Source of the DNA: Trichosphaerium sp. ATCC 40318 | Lineage: Eukaryota > Protista > Tubulinea | DNA: 64,000 nt | Assembly (NCBI GenBank): GCA_038496445.1 | Contig: JALMLS010000516.1 | Location: 124,001-188,000 of the forward strand | Direction of reading: 5' to 3' | Shown here: piece by piece, positions 28,243 to 42,080 of the stretch | Layout: the number at the start of each line of letters is the position of its first letter | How positions within the stretch are numbered: position 1 is the stretch's first letter | Made by a program: the position numbers and the translations under genes | Notes under the pieces: generated by a model | The model's database searches: none | Seen by the model: the letters and a program-made list of their open reading frames with translations, nothing else | What the model was told of the DNA's origin: nothing

Positions 28243-31200
28243 ATGCAGAGGCCGTTGCAGAGCGTTGAGTATACGTCAGCAAAGATACGTATCCCTGACG
28301 CAGCGCGGTCGTATCCAACACGCAAAGGAGAGAACTTGAAGTTGTCGCGCTCTACAGAGACTTTAGGACCTTCAGCGGTCAAAAGACTCCTTAAAAGGAG
28401 ACAAAGACGCTCACAGAGCCTGAATCCGGCACTCCTTGCACAAAATAAGATAGAGGATGAAAAGCCAAAAGTAAAATCACCACCATCACCAAAGCCTCTG
28501 CCAAAGCACAATGTTCAGTCACCAAAAGGGTTACGGAAATTCCATACTCTAAGGAACCAAGACAAGGCGCAAAGAGGCCAACACTCGTCTTCATCGCCAC
28601 CACGACCATTGAAATCAAGTAAAGCTAAACTTTCAAAGAGTAACTCATGGATTAAAGCAAGTCCTATCTCACCGACAAACCAAGGCTCAGGTGGGTCTTA
28701 TTTAACAAAAAACAAGTTCATCTAATGGTAATTTATAGAACAAAATGTAGACGAACTTCGTCTCCGTCTGGAGAACCTTATTGCAGAGCACGCTAGAACG
28801 GAGATAAAAGTAGGGGTACGCATAAACAATAGGCGAAAATTTTTAAAACGGGAAATGAAAAATGCCCGTCAACATCATAACCTTTACAAAAAAGGCTATT
28901 CAAAAAAAATTATGCGAGTGGCAAGAATAAATCACGTGATTAAAATTTTTCCGGCAATTTTTTTTTTTGTTTTGGCTTGTCGTATCACTCCACTTTCTAA
29001 CGGTTCCTGTTAGCATATTTTAAAGACTATAAAAGATACGCGTGTCGAGCATAAGGCTGCGAGGAAAGAGATTATTCGTGTTCAAAAGCAAAATGAAAGG
29101 TAAAAAATCGATGGAAATTTTTTTTGATTTATTTATTTCTACGTTCTATTTGTTTTGATTTTTTTTTAAAAGCCTTCGTGAAGAGAAATATGATAAGGAG
29201 TTAAGTGTGAGAAAACAACAGCTTGAACAGTTTTTGGAGTGTGATTTTAGCGAGTCTACAATGGAGTTTGTTAATATTGCTAAAGACGCGCGAAATGCTC
29301 TTTCCACTGCTATAGAACAAACAGTTGTACGCTCTCATATTACTTTTCAATATATTATTTCAATATTTATCGGCACATTCACGTCATATATAACGATAGG
29401 TCAAGCTTACTAAGCAAAAAAAAAGAACTTTATTTGTACTGACGAGTGTTGTTAGAAAAAAGCAGAGCACTTGACCAGTTCTCGGGGGAGTGGAAATTTA
29501 TCAAACGTTAAAGGACGCAGTTTATTACGTGTTGGATCATTGAGGTCAATGAAAGGAAAAGAAGAACCTGTTTCACGTGAAGATTTGCTTGAAAAGATTG
29601 TAGTTTCACAAAAAGCTATGCAAGAAGTTGAAGGTACTTATCAAGTAAATATTTTTTTTTCTCGCTCCTTTTTGGCTGCTACACCACGTGATTACTCGTT
29701 TCCTGTTTCATGAATATGATTATTATAAATGTAATTATTACTAGATTCTCTTGTTGTCCTACAATTGCTTGGTGATCAGCAAAGAAAGATTTATGAGTTT
29801 CAACGTGAGCTACGGAAGGAAAATTCCGAAATGCAGCGGGAACTCAAAAAGCTTGAGGAAGAATCAATCGAGCTTGATAGACAAACATTACGCCTTAGTA
29901 CTGCTCATGGTGGATTATCTCTAGCGTGCCATGATGGATCTTTACATGCTTTGAAGGTACCTATTTGACGAGTCATGAATGTCTATCTCCCTACAGTGGA
30001 CGCCATTGATTTTCTTAATAGAATGCTCTTGATAAAAAGAGACTAGACAGAAAAACAGTCGAGGAAATTCAAATCACAGGTGCCAGTTTTAGGAATAAGT
30101 TAAGCGATGTTTGTAATATCAAGGTACGCTATGTTTTGTTTTGGTACTTCCTGAAATACCTTTTCTCCTTTTTTTGAATAATTTTCGAACTAGAAAATCG
30201 ATAGCCTTTTCGCTGTAGCTGAAGATACCTCAACAGAAGATATTCAACTCAACACTACTGTGTCCCCACCTGTTGTACGTTTAAAAAACATTTGAAAAAT
30301 ATTTTGCACGTGCGTTTTTATTGAAAGAAAACGTGCTGCTAGAACAATTTGTGTTTATGGTTTTATTAGTTTTTTTTGGTAACATTTTACTTTTTTGTTT
30401 GTTTGTTTCCCTTGTCATAACCCTTGTGCCAAGATTATGGTTGCTTCTCCACAAGGGCTTATTGATAGACTTACAAGCGCAAATTCATCAGACTTGAAGT
30501 TTAGGGATGCATTCTTGCTTACTTATCGTTGTTTTATGACGCCTACTGATGTTTTAGAAAAGTTGATTTTGCGGTACTAAAATCTCAATGTTTCTTGTTT
30601 CATTTGACTGATTATCGTTGTATTAGATATGTATTGACTCCAGATGATAAAGATATATCAATAAAAGATTTAGCAAAGAGTAGGATAGAACGTCAGAATG
30701 TCATACGACTGAGGTACGTCTTTTATTGTTAAAGATTCGAAATTTTTTTATCAATGTTTTTATTGTGTTTTGTACTCCCTCCCGAACGCTTTATTCTAAG
30801 TATGAAATAATAGAGTTCTAAACTATATTAAAATATGGGTTGAGTATTGGGAAGATTTTAGGAAAAATAGCAGGACACTGGTTGAAGTTTTGCTTAATTT
30901 TTTGAGAAACACTGCAAGCAAGATTAATCCAAAGATGGTTAGTCTTCGTTAGCTTTCCAGTTTTTGGCGTTGTTTGTTAGGTTACTAATATCTCACTCAT
31001 AGGCGAGAGGTATTATTGCGACATTAGCGGGAAAAGCAAAAGAAATTAGCTTCGAGAAGAAGAAATCAAAGCGAAGAAGACCTGTTTCTGTTGTTTATAA
31101 GTTAACTCAATTATTTAATGTTGTAACTGGTATTTATGATCCAGATACACCAGAGCATATCTCAACTATCACTGGTATAGCTCGTGAGTTAAATGTACTT

Positions 31201-32157
31201 GACTTGGATGCAAAAAAGGTACAAAAAATAAGAACGAGATTTGACAAACCTACTTTTTATTTTTTGGTTTCATTGCTTGCTGTCGTCATCTTATCTAATC
31301 TTGTAAGGTCGCAAGACAACTTGCTATAGTAGAAAGTCAAGTGGTGAAGCTTGTACAGCCTTCTGAGCTTCTAAAACAAGCATGGACGAAGAAATCAAGG
31401 GAGGATTTAGCACCTAACGTACTAGCGTTAGCAAGACTTTCAACAAAGGTACAGTTATTTCTTATTTCAAACTTTTCTCGATCACTCATTTGTTTTTTTC
31501 TATTTAGATAAGCGGATGGGTTATGACAGAAGTACTTAGTCAGCCTAATGTAATGCATCGCGCACTAGCAGTCAAAAAGTTTTTGGCCATTGCAAAGGAA
31601 TGTAGAGTATTACAAAATTTTAATGGGTTGATCGAAATAGTCGCTGGACTCCAGAATGCTGCTGTTTATCGACTTAAAAAGACATGGCAGGTTAGTATAA
31701 TAGTGAATAAGTGTTCATAGATTTAATATATTGATGTATAGGCTGTTGGTGCTGACGAGAATATCGGTGTGATTGAAGAGACTATAAAGTTACAAGGAAA
31801 CGGATTTAAATTATTACGAGAAAAAATGAGATCGTGCAAGCCTCCTATAATACCTTACATGGGTAAGTATTTTGTATTTATATTCCCTATTATTTACTCA
31901 TACTAGGATTCTATCTTACTGATTTATTACATATTGAGGAATCGGCAGAGACTTTTGTTAATGTCAATGATAAAAAATGTGTTAATTTCTTTAAGTTTAG
32001 AAAAATTTCTCAGATCATTAAAGAGATACAAGGCTATCAAGCTCATGGTTATAATATTTCTGTTGATAGTATATTACAAAAATATATTATTACATATAGA
32101 CCTATTACAATAGAGGAAGCTTTTAGAGTGTCTAAGGTAATCGAGCAAAAAACATGA
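28243..32157 (+). CDS. Ras guanine nucleotide exchange factor (coiled coil + REM + CDC25)
   Basis: FRDAFLLTYRCFMTPTDVLEKLILRY (REM); ECRVLQNFNGLIEIVAGLQNAAVYRLKKTW, PPIIPYMGFYLTDL, VNFFKFRKI (CDC25). Confidence 0.92.
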
Positions 32158-32444
32158 GGAAGTAAAAAAAAAAAGAAATACAAAAAATACATGCTGTACA
32201 TTAAAAATAAAATCTCTAATTGTCGACTAAACAACTCAATATTTTTTGTTTGTGTTTAAGAACTGTATGGGTAGAGGCAGTTTGAAATGCTTAACGAACA
32301 TTTGAGTAGCAAGGTAAACAATTTGACAGCCAGATTCTCTTTGGTAAAGAAACCTTGACTTCAGACTTATGTCTTCTAAGAGCTGGAGGCAAATCACGTG
32401 CTAGAAAAGGCATTTATTTGAAATACTAAACTTAAAAAGATGAC

Positions 32445-33068
32445 GTCTTTCAGTATGCTAAAAGTGTCATAACCAAGTCAATGGGTTTGATTTTATTAGA
32501 AATAGCACTTGTGTCTGCGATGGTTGCAATAAAAACATAGAATGTAACAAAAAAAGATCCATAGAGCCGAAGCTCCAATATTTTAATTCGATAAAGTAAG
32601 TAAATTACTGATGGATCTGGAAGAAAAAGGTTGTCATAGAGTTTTTATTTACGATCAAACTCAAATAAAAAAAAAAGTGGTTAGAATTTTTTACTAATTA
32701 CCCTTGACAACCATCTAATCATTGCACGCAAAACAAATAAGTGACATAGTTAACAAAAGCTGCTATCAGGTAGCTGCATTGATTTTTCTATCCATTCATG
32801 AAACTAGAAAACTCACATATTTTTGGTTTTCTATTCTTGTGGTGCGTTTTTGTTCGAAAAGGAAGACCTTAATGGACAAACATAATAGAGATTGTTTATA
32901 CCATTTCCTAATCCAGCCTACATTCGATAGAACATGATGAAAACAATGTAAATATATTCTCAAAGGATAAGTAAGAGTAAGTTTACTAATACGTAGTCTG
33001 TAATGAGACATTCTTGCATATAGCGTACAGTGGACAGTATCACACTTACCTTTTGATTACTGTTAGTT
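32445..33068 (-). repeat. Dispersed repeat family B copy 2, uninterrupted
   Basis: Contiguous reverse complement of 19285-19821 joined to 21836-21908. Confidence 0.9.
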
Positions 33069-33309
33069 TCGTATTAATTATCCAATCTACAATAAACAGA
33101 GTAATGTGCGAAACTATTGTGGTTTATCCTCTTCGCCTTGAGCATAAAGTAGGTACTCACAGCCTGATAACGAATAAAGAGATTCACCATAAACAGCTAT
33201 TGGTTGTAATACTTTGGTATTTCGAATAATTACTCATTTGCTGTTAATCTATTGTAGAATGTTTTATTTCTTTTTTTTTAATTTTTTTTCCTTTTGATAA
33301 AACACGTGT

Positions 33310-36300
33310 TTATGGTAGCATCATTACATAACAGATCATGAAGGAGAGTATTGTTACAAAAGATATGAGGGATGTAGCACCCGATGAAGGTTGATTAGGA
33401 TCTACTATAGCTTGTGTAGGTTCACTTGGTGCAACAGGTGAAACAGGTGCTATAACAGGTTCTCCCCATTGTCCTGATACTGATGTACCATCAGGACAAC
33501 GTATATTTCCGTTTCTTGTACCATCTAAAGTACAATATCATCAGTCGAAGAACAAGTAAGATAAAAAGCAAAGTCTGTATTGCACGCACCAAGTACTTCA
33601 ATATGAGGAATAGTCTCAAGAGCTGTTAAGTAATCATCACATTTCATAACCTTCAAAATATCTTCTCTTGTAGGTGTACCAGCTGTTACAACAGTTGTTA
33701 GTAAATGATCATTGAAGCATTTATGGTTTTGTTACCTGCAATTGCAATTGTGATTTCAGCAAAATTAGGTTGTGTTAGTTTAATCCGATTTGGATCAACA
33801 GTAACAACAGCAAGAGATACCTTCTCTATTCTAGCTGCCAATAGGGTTCGTATCTGAGTTAGAGCCCACTAGGAGACAATAGTGAGCACAGGATTTGCTA
33901 GCTGGTTGAAGACAAAACAGTTTCTTCAGTTTACTTTTCTTGCAAGAGCAAGGCAGTAAAGAAAAATCAAAAAGAACAAGAACTAAGCTTGATTTTGTAA
34001 AGCGTTATAGTTTGCTAAAAAAAAACGTACTTTGGTGAGCGGTCCAGTGAGGACTTTGAAACGGAAAGTTCCAAGTATATCAGCTGATGTCGCATTAGCA
34101 GCAGGGTCTGGGTTTGAGTCTACAATTGTTCCACCGACATCCACAACTCCTTCTCCTGCTGGAACTTCTATCTTTTTCACAGGCTTGGTTCCTGGAGGGT
34201 AAACAAATGCGGTAAAGCCGACTAAACAACAAAAAACATAAGCCACAACCAACAGCAAAAAAAAAAAGTTATTTACCGTTGTTGATCTTCCATGGGTCTT
34301 CTGGGTCAGGCACAATATCATCAGGTCTTGCTTGCACGTGGTCTACTACAACAATATCTTCAGGAGCTACGTATCCATCAACACATTGAGAAGGTCCTCT
34401 GGTAGACATGGATGGTCCAAAAATGGTCGTTTTATCAGCAGGGATTTCAGTGCTGTTTTTGGTAATAATGCAACGATCGACTGTACCACCATCGTCTTTC
34501 AACTGAAAGAGAAGAGTTAATACTGAAGAACTATGTTCCCACTTAAACTCTATATGGCGTACCCAAAGATTAAACCTGTGCATGCCTACATCGAGGTTTG
34601 CTGTGATTGTTTTTGGGTTCCATAGCCAGAACCATCGTCCGCCTCCCGAACCTCTTTCATCTTGATGAAACGTAAGCAACTTTCGCTCTAAAGTTTTGCA
34701 CACGTGTGCTCCTTACCTAAGACTTTACCATCAATACCAACATAATAACCTTGGCCGCCATCTTGAATAGCAATAGCTCTGCAGGCAACAGTATATTCAC
34801 CAGCCTCTGTGATCTATAAATCATTGTTTAGTAAATATGAGAATCTTGATGACTAACCTTGAAGTTGTAGTCTAGTCGAGGGGCTGTATCAAGATTTTCT
34901 GGAGCGATAACTAAGCCTTTCTCGTCAGTTACCATTACAGCATCACCAGCTACGAGCATTGTGTAAGTATAACATATCTCAGAAACGTGGACGAAAAAGT
35001 TTCCAGTCTCATTGAGTATTGTTTACCTGCTCCTCCTTTTTCTAGTCTAACCCACTCGTGTGTTGCAGACCTGACGTTGTTATCGTAAAGTTCAACTTCT
35101 ATAACAAGTGTGCCATCCTTTTCTTCATAGTACTCACATGGTTCCTGGACACGCATAAGATCTTGCAATAAGGAAAAAAAAAAGAGCTAATCTTACAGGT
35201 ACATCTGGTACTTCGTTTGGACCAGGAGGTGTGTTATCTGTTAGTTGTAACACATGAAAGTAACCAAGACCTTCAGGATACCACCATCTATTGTATCTGT
35301 CTGTAGCATGAGCTATTGATTTTGTGTCATCCCACGCATGAACCTGAACAAAATGTTATTGGTACAAAAAGACAAAAAAAAAAGTTACAACGAGCGTACC
35401 CAAGCAATATCTCCGTTAGGCAACTCCTGGAATACACTGTTTCTTAGTGGAAAGAATCCTTTATCAGTGATCTCTTGAGGGCCACGTTGGAAGACACCAT
35501 CTATACCAGAGTTAATCTTCTCAATCCACATGTTTCAAAGAGCTCTCACCTTTGTTGATTTCTGCTACATAATAATGTTTTGGTCCAGTAACAATACTCG
35601 ATTTTGGCGTAGTATACCAAAACAACAAGTAATTATCGCGTTTGTACTTTATCAAACGGCCACCACGTGCCCAGAGTTGGTTGTAATCTGTGATCCAAAT
35701 TTTTTCAACAACATTACCGTGTATATCAAGCTAAGAAAGTGTAAGTGGTATACTAACTTACTAAAAACAAAAGGTGACGTTGGCTCTTTTTATACCTTTA
35801 TAAGGGCGACATCAGTTCCGTCATCCTCGTAGGTCTTTGTAGGACCATATGTTTCATATCTAGGAGCACAGAAAGTGACCATGAAGCCATCACCTTCGTG
35901 GTTCAATACAATATCGCCTATTCAAACAAATAGTGAGTTTCTTCTTTTTTTAACAAAACTGAAAAGGTTGGACCTAGAGCAGCTTCCGCGTTAATGTTTT
36001 TGGTCTTAAACTTAAATAAAGTCACACTGTTATTAAGAGGGTTTATGGTAACAATAGTCGCTAAATCACCAAGGTGTACTAGGGTTCAAATATAAGTCAC
36101 AAAAACGCAGGACTCATTAAACATGTTTACGGGAAAGAATAAGTTTGTGCACGTGAATGAGGCATATTTTTCTTTTGTTTGTGAACGTACCAGGTATGAT
36201 GTTTCCTGTTTTTGGGTCTACGCCCACACGACTGTCTACAGGGTGACCATTTCCACCTACGTTCGCAATTAACCGCTGAATAGTGTACTGCATTTTTACC

Positions 36301-37619
36301 CCAACATTTTCCATAAACAGGGTTTGATGAGTCGGTTGTAACCTTAGTTTCAGCGTCGAAATCTGGTGGTCCAGTAGCACTAAAGTAACGCCATGTTTGT
36401 GCGGTATGTCCAACACTACCAGTGCCAGTACCCAAACCTAGAGCGATAACTGTTAGATCAGTTTTTGGGTATAAATTTCCGTGTACAAGATGGTGCGCGT
36501 CCATTAACAACATGTGTTGCCAAATAACTTGGTCCGTTACCGTATAAATTAGGAGAGTATGCTAGATGAGATTCACCAGATAGCCTACAAGACCAATCAG
36601 AGGAGAGATTTCAAAACCAAGAGATTGTAATTAAAAATAAAATCCAGATAACTTACCACGGCCAACCTCCAAGTCTAATAGCACGTGTTAGTTGTCAATA
36701 CTAGTATTTAGAGATTACCTGTTTTCGATAATTTTCTCAACGCCTCTATTACCGTTTGCGTCCATTTTTAAGAACCACATGTCCTTCCAATCCTCAGATG
36801 TTTGATTTTGAAGGCCTTTAGTTAGCAAGGATTGATCTTCAAGTCGACTAAACATGATAGCCATTGAATCATCGTCATGAAGAACAAATCCGGCTGCTCT
36901 CTTTGGAAGCTTATCTGTAATAGCAATATTGCTCTAAACATCGGAGTTAAATTATAAAAAAGAAGAGAAAACATTTCATAAAAAAAACGTGAACAAAAAT
37001 CAATGCCCAAACATCCCATACCATTTCATATTCTTGGTTATTTTTAAGGGCTCACACGTGAGTTTGAATGGTTTTTTAGAAAGTAGTTTTGAAAATACGA
37101 AGTTGGTTTTTTTTATGTTTTTCTACCTTTACAGACCAATCCGCAGTACTTATAGTAGTTATGTGTACTGCTCTGACATCTTGAAACGCGAGGTTGTTAC
37201 AACAGGAATATGTACCCTCTGTCCAAACGACAACAGCCTCGTTACCGCTTGATTTAATTCTGAACCACATTGGCGCTACTACGCCTATGCGATGAAACCC
37301 GTTTACTCTATTTTGGATTAAAACCGTAAAACTCGACTACTGCAAACGAATTCTGGTACACTATACGTGTAATGGTGGTTTTAGATGGTTTTGATAGTTA
37401 ATAAACAAATATAGCGCACATAAAATAGACTTACTGTAGTGTATTTGTAAAGCGCGCTGTGCTAGATTCCCATAGTATAGGCTTGTTCTCTGGTGTATTT
37501 ACCCTCGTAACTTGAACGCTGAAAGGCTCCCACCATGATGGAAATTCTGTAGCGCAGCAAAGCACTACTAGTGTGGCTAGCACTAATTTAAGCCCGAAAG
37601 AGTTGTATGAGCTGCTCAT
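33310..37619 (-). CDS. Large secreted, probably GPI-anchored surface protein with a carbohydrate-binding-like beta-sandwich
   Basis: Signal peptide; many exons; YYEEKDGTLVIEVE...APRLDYNF...GMHRFNLWLKDDGGTVDRCII (resembles GH115 C-terminal/CBM-like modules, inference); P/T/S linker and hydrophobic C-terminus. Confidence 0.75.
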
Positions 37620-38051
37620 TTACACTCTTTGTCTTGGAGAATCTTTTTTTGGCTTTACTTAAGAGCGGAAAATTAAGTTTCCCGTTCACACGGTCCAAAC
37701 ACTTTAACCCGTGCCGAATCAGTGTACAATGGAAACCACCAGCTTTCACCTCAGCGTTGTAAAACTTCATTGGAATTTACCTCTGTGCACTATCACGTGC
37801 GTTTGACTTGCAATGTTACACACATCATGTCACTATAGTTGAAGCGTATAAACTATCTGTGGTTGCTTTTAGAATCCTTCAAGTTGAACATGTGACAAAA
37901 AAATGTAAACGAAGAGGTGCCCATTCCTAAAATAAGGTTTTATTAATCCAATCTTTTACGCATTGGTTGTAAACATTAGAAGTACCTGACACGACGAAGC
38001 GTAGTGTACCTATTCAGCCTATCACAGGTAAATGTCTCTTGATAATGCCAA

Positions 38052-38775
38052 TGCCCTTTGTAGTAGCTACTACTTAATTGTTTGGAGCTTCTTAATCTCC
38101 AGTACTTAGAGATACGTTTTCTTGTAAGAAAAACAAAAGTATCCTCCCTAGGTGAGGACACGGTATTTTTATTTGTTTTCATTCAGATGCACTTCCTAGG
38201 TAAGGCCGCTGGTTATTTTTTTTGAGAATTCTTTTTTTTTTAGGTACCAAGTAAGTTCTATGTTCACCGATACTTTCAGATCACGGAAGCCGCTCATAGA
38301 TTTGTTACTTTTTTTTTTTTTTTTGTATTTTTGTGTTGGTTTTATAGACCGACCATTATGTGTCTACTTTCGTCAGCCACTACGAAAGGTTTAAGGGGGG
38401 GTTTATGTGAGTCGCTTCGGTTAGTCAAACCGAAACTAGCTGTGGAGAACTACTTCCATCTGATATTTAGAATATATTCGTTTCTTTTTATACCCATAAA
38501 GTTGTCGAAAAAATAAATTGTGGGAGATCGAAGCTTCTAGAAGCTTTTATTTTTTCATAAAAAACAAAGCACGCTACTGGCGTATATCGCGCATAAAACT
38601 ACCAACGGTGTCGATTTCAGTGGTTTTCGTGCTGTGGATTTTTTGGATATTTAAATCAGAAAAAAAGAGGAAAGCTCTATTTTTACTTATTGTATGATTC
38701 TGCGATGCTGTGAGCCACCCAGGGCACCTCAACCCATGTACGTTCTCTCCAGTAGCTTAAAAACAAGTTACACAT
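38052..38775 (-). repeat. Dispersed hairpin-rich repeat family A, copy 2; contains a family C-like segment at about 38570-38645
   Basis: Reverse complement of 12174-13100 apart from the middle segment. Confidence 0.9.
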
Positions 38776-39215
38776 AGTGTTACGACAAAACTACGACGTA
38801 GATTAATCCTATGATACAAGCAGGCGTTACCGACTGAAACTGGAACGTTTTTGGATCATTTATCATTGATGCTCCTTTACTACGTTAATCATTAGTATGT
38901 CCCTTGTACGAAAGTGCATCTGTAAAGATGACAAACAAGAAAAACTATACTATTGTTAATAATCTGAAGCACTGACTCATAATACTCCCATTCGCCTATG
39001 TGTAGTGACTGTACACGAAATTCGTTCGAGAAAAAAAGCAAACAAACAAATCTGCATTTAAAAAGTTGCTAGGTACCATTTTCTTTTTATTTTTGTGTTT
39101 TTGACATTTAAAAGCAAGTATATGTAGTAGGTTTGTTATGAACACTTTTGGTAATATATTCTACAAGCAAGCGTAGTCATTAACTCACGTACATACACAT
39201 GACGCATCATTTTTC

Positions 39216-40510
39216 CTACTTCTTTGGTTTTGTACTTGTTCGCGTGTATGTGACTGTTACGCGGAACGCAAACTGTGTAATATTATGGTACTCGTCAAGC
39301 TTAGGAATACAGAGCTGAGAATATTGGACTCCTTTAATCAATTCTCCTGCTGTTGTAACCCAAGAAGTGGCTTCTTTCATTACACCATGTAGTAGCGCGT
39401 CAACATCAACACCAGGTGGAGAAGCAAATATTTCAAACTAAAGCAAGGAGGTTTAGAGAAAAATCGTGTTTTAGTCGAACTGAGCTGTTCAACGAAATAA
39501 ATAAAAACGTAAAGCATGTTTACGCGTGCACTCGCACGTACCCCTTGTGTACCAGCCGCCATAGATCCAATTGTATCTCGATGAGACGTTGCGCCAGCGT
39601 CTACCTCTGTAATTTCAATCTCGCACTCTATCGTTAGAGGTATATCATCCAAGTTATCACCAATAAGTACTTGACCTTTACTTAATTTGATAGGACTCAA
39701 TACTGAAGTGAGTTTGCTTCAGAAAAAAAAAAAAGTCAGTTTGAGAAGATAAAAATAATCAAAAGTGTCATTAGACGCGTTCAAAAAATACGATAGAATA
39801 ATACTATTAGGAATTAAGAGAAAAAGAGCTTGTAGAAAAAATACAGACAGATTTTCTTGTTTTAAAGTTTTAAAACGTCACTTACAATCTCTTGTTGATG
39901 CCTATGGGCGCAAGGGGTTGTGATACTCCTCTGGTTACTTTTTGTTTACTCTCAAGCATCTAGCATCCCAACGTTACAAAAGTCATAATAGAACAGTTAA
40001 CACGTACAAACATGATGCATACGCTTGCTGTGCGTAAGTTGCCTGCCGCTTTGATTACAATGGGCGACTTGAATTGCGGATTAAAGCCCGCAACATACGC
40101 AGAGCTCTTTTGGTTCTTTTGGTCGACTTTACCATCTTGTATAGACCAACGAAGTTTGGATTTGGTCTTTGATTTAGAGCCGATCTATAGCGACGTGAGA
40201 ACGAACTCAAGGCACTTGTACTTACCAACGGGTTATCAGCTGACACGCCAATAATGCGAATGTCAGAGATTGTAACGTTATACTCCGAGAAGTTATGCTA
40301 TAGCAGTTTAGCGTCGTTGTGGTGTTTCTTTCAAAGTAACGCGTATGACAAAATAACACGTACCTGAGAAGACTCCAAGTTCACGAAAGGATTATCTCCA
40401 GAGTCTGGTACAGCAACACCGGTTGAGAACGGGTTATCACCAGCAATTTGAGGTTCTCCTCCTTCTAAGCCGTTAAGATCGGCGTTAGCGTTTCTAAAAG
40501 GGTTGTCCAT
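39216..40510 (-). CDS. Hypothetical protein with three N-terminal DNPF motifs
   Basis: MDNPF...GDNPF...GDNPF. Spliced through ORFs 40055-40246 and 39380-39700, ending TKPKK-TAG. NPF is the established EH-domain ligand. Confidence 0.65.
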
Positions 40511-40824
40511 CTCTCCTAGTATGCTACCGCGTGTAAGTGTATTTTCAAAGCTGCGGGGAATAAATGGCTTTTGATGCAGGTTTGACTGAGTGTCAGCAAT
40601 GGTCTTGCTGTTCGAATCACAAAGCGCAAGAGTACATATTTTTGGGTTTTGTTGTCGCTAATACAAAAATACGCTAGCGTACCCTGTTTTCTCCGCCATA
40701 TTGTATTATTACGCACTATGCAACTATTGTGTCTCGTTTGCAAAGAAATATAAAAATTCTTGAATTTCTGTTGAAATGATACACAAGAACAGTTGAGACA
40801 CAGGTTCGGTGTAGTGCGGCTCTA

Positions 40825-41933
40825 ATGGCCCAATCTCAAGTCGTTGGTAAGTAGAGTAGAGAGCCAATACAACAACTACTCTACAATTTGTAATATTAAA
40901 TTTTATTGCTTTTAGAGGTTAATGTTGGCGGTACTATATTCACAACGTTACTGTCAACGCTGACAAAGTTCCCTAACTCCTTATTGGGCGCTATGTTTTC
41001 TGGAAGGCACAATTTGTGCCGCGATGCAAACCAAAGGTACCTGGCACTATATTACACTATTTGTAAACTTACTCTCAATTATCAGAGTTTTTATTGACCG
41101 CTCTGCATCGCATTTCGCTAAGATACTCAATTTCCTACGAACAGGACTGTTTATATGGCCAGAGAATAACGAGTCGGAAAGTTTCGAGCTCAAGATGGAA
41201 TTAGACTACTTTGGCCTTTCGCCGTACGGTGCGCCTTCTGACGGTGCCACTGAACCAATCTAATTAATTTCACAGTTTGCCTGCCAAGTAAAGGAAACAT
41301 TCTGGTTGTAGAGGATGAAAAAGTAAACGCCAGCGCTGTAAAACACTTGCTGGAGAAAATGGTACACAACTAAACAAAAAGAATACCAACCAAAAGTTGT
41401 TGACACTTTTTTGAGGGTTATTCTGTTCTGGTTTGTGAAAATGGTGCTGAAGCTATTGCTTCGTATCAATCTGAACAGGTTGATCTCATCTTCATGGATT
41501 GTTTGGTACGTTATAAATTATTACCACGTGAAAAGTACATTCATTTACAATCGCTTTGTATTTACGTTTTACGGTTTTTATTTTTATTTGTGACAAATAC
41601 CACGTTTTTAATACACCGTTGTGATACAATTTTATCTGTCAATAAAAAGAGTTAAATATTGGCTCACTGTGTATGCGCTTATACGACTTGTAGATGCCTG
41701 TAATGGATGGTATTGAGGCTACAAAAACAATACGAAAAATTGAAGCACAAAAAGGATTGCCTAGAGTGCCAATCATAAGCTTGACAGTATTAGGGTATCC
41801 CAAAGTAGAACAGGAATGTCTTGCTGCTGGTACAGACGCTCATCTTATAAAACCATTACGTAATGGCGAGATTGAAGTTGTTTTGAACAAATTTATGAAA
41901 ATACCCCAACAAAAACAGCACCACGGCAACTAA
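40825..41933 (+). CDS. KCTD-type BTB (T1) domain fused to a response-regulator receiver domain
   Basis: VNVGGTIFTTLLSTLTKFPNSLLGAMFSGRH...FIDRSASHFAKILNFLRTG...ELDYFGL, spliced in frame to ILVVEDEKVN...NGAEA...DLIFMDCL|MPVMDGIEAT...PIISLT...LIKP. Confidence 0.85.
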
Positions 41934-42080
41934 CTCAAACAAAAAATTGTACTAATAAACACTATCTATTAAATACCAGACAGTACATATACACATACAA
42001 AGTAGCAATCCCCATCCAAGCACGAAAGGTAATGAGGAATTAGTATGACATCAAGACTTCCTTTGGTCAATCGAGTTGTA

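Noticed and set aside
40560-40630. tRNA suggested by GTTCGAATC
   Set aside because: No T-stem, acceptor stem or cloverleaf can be formed.
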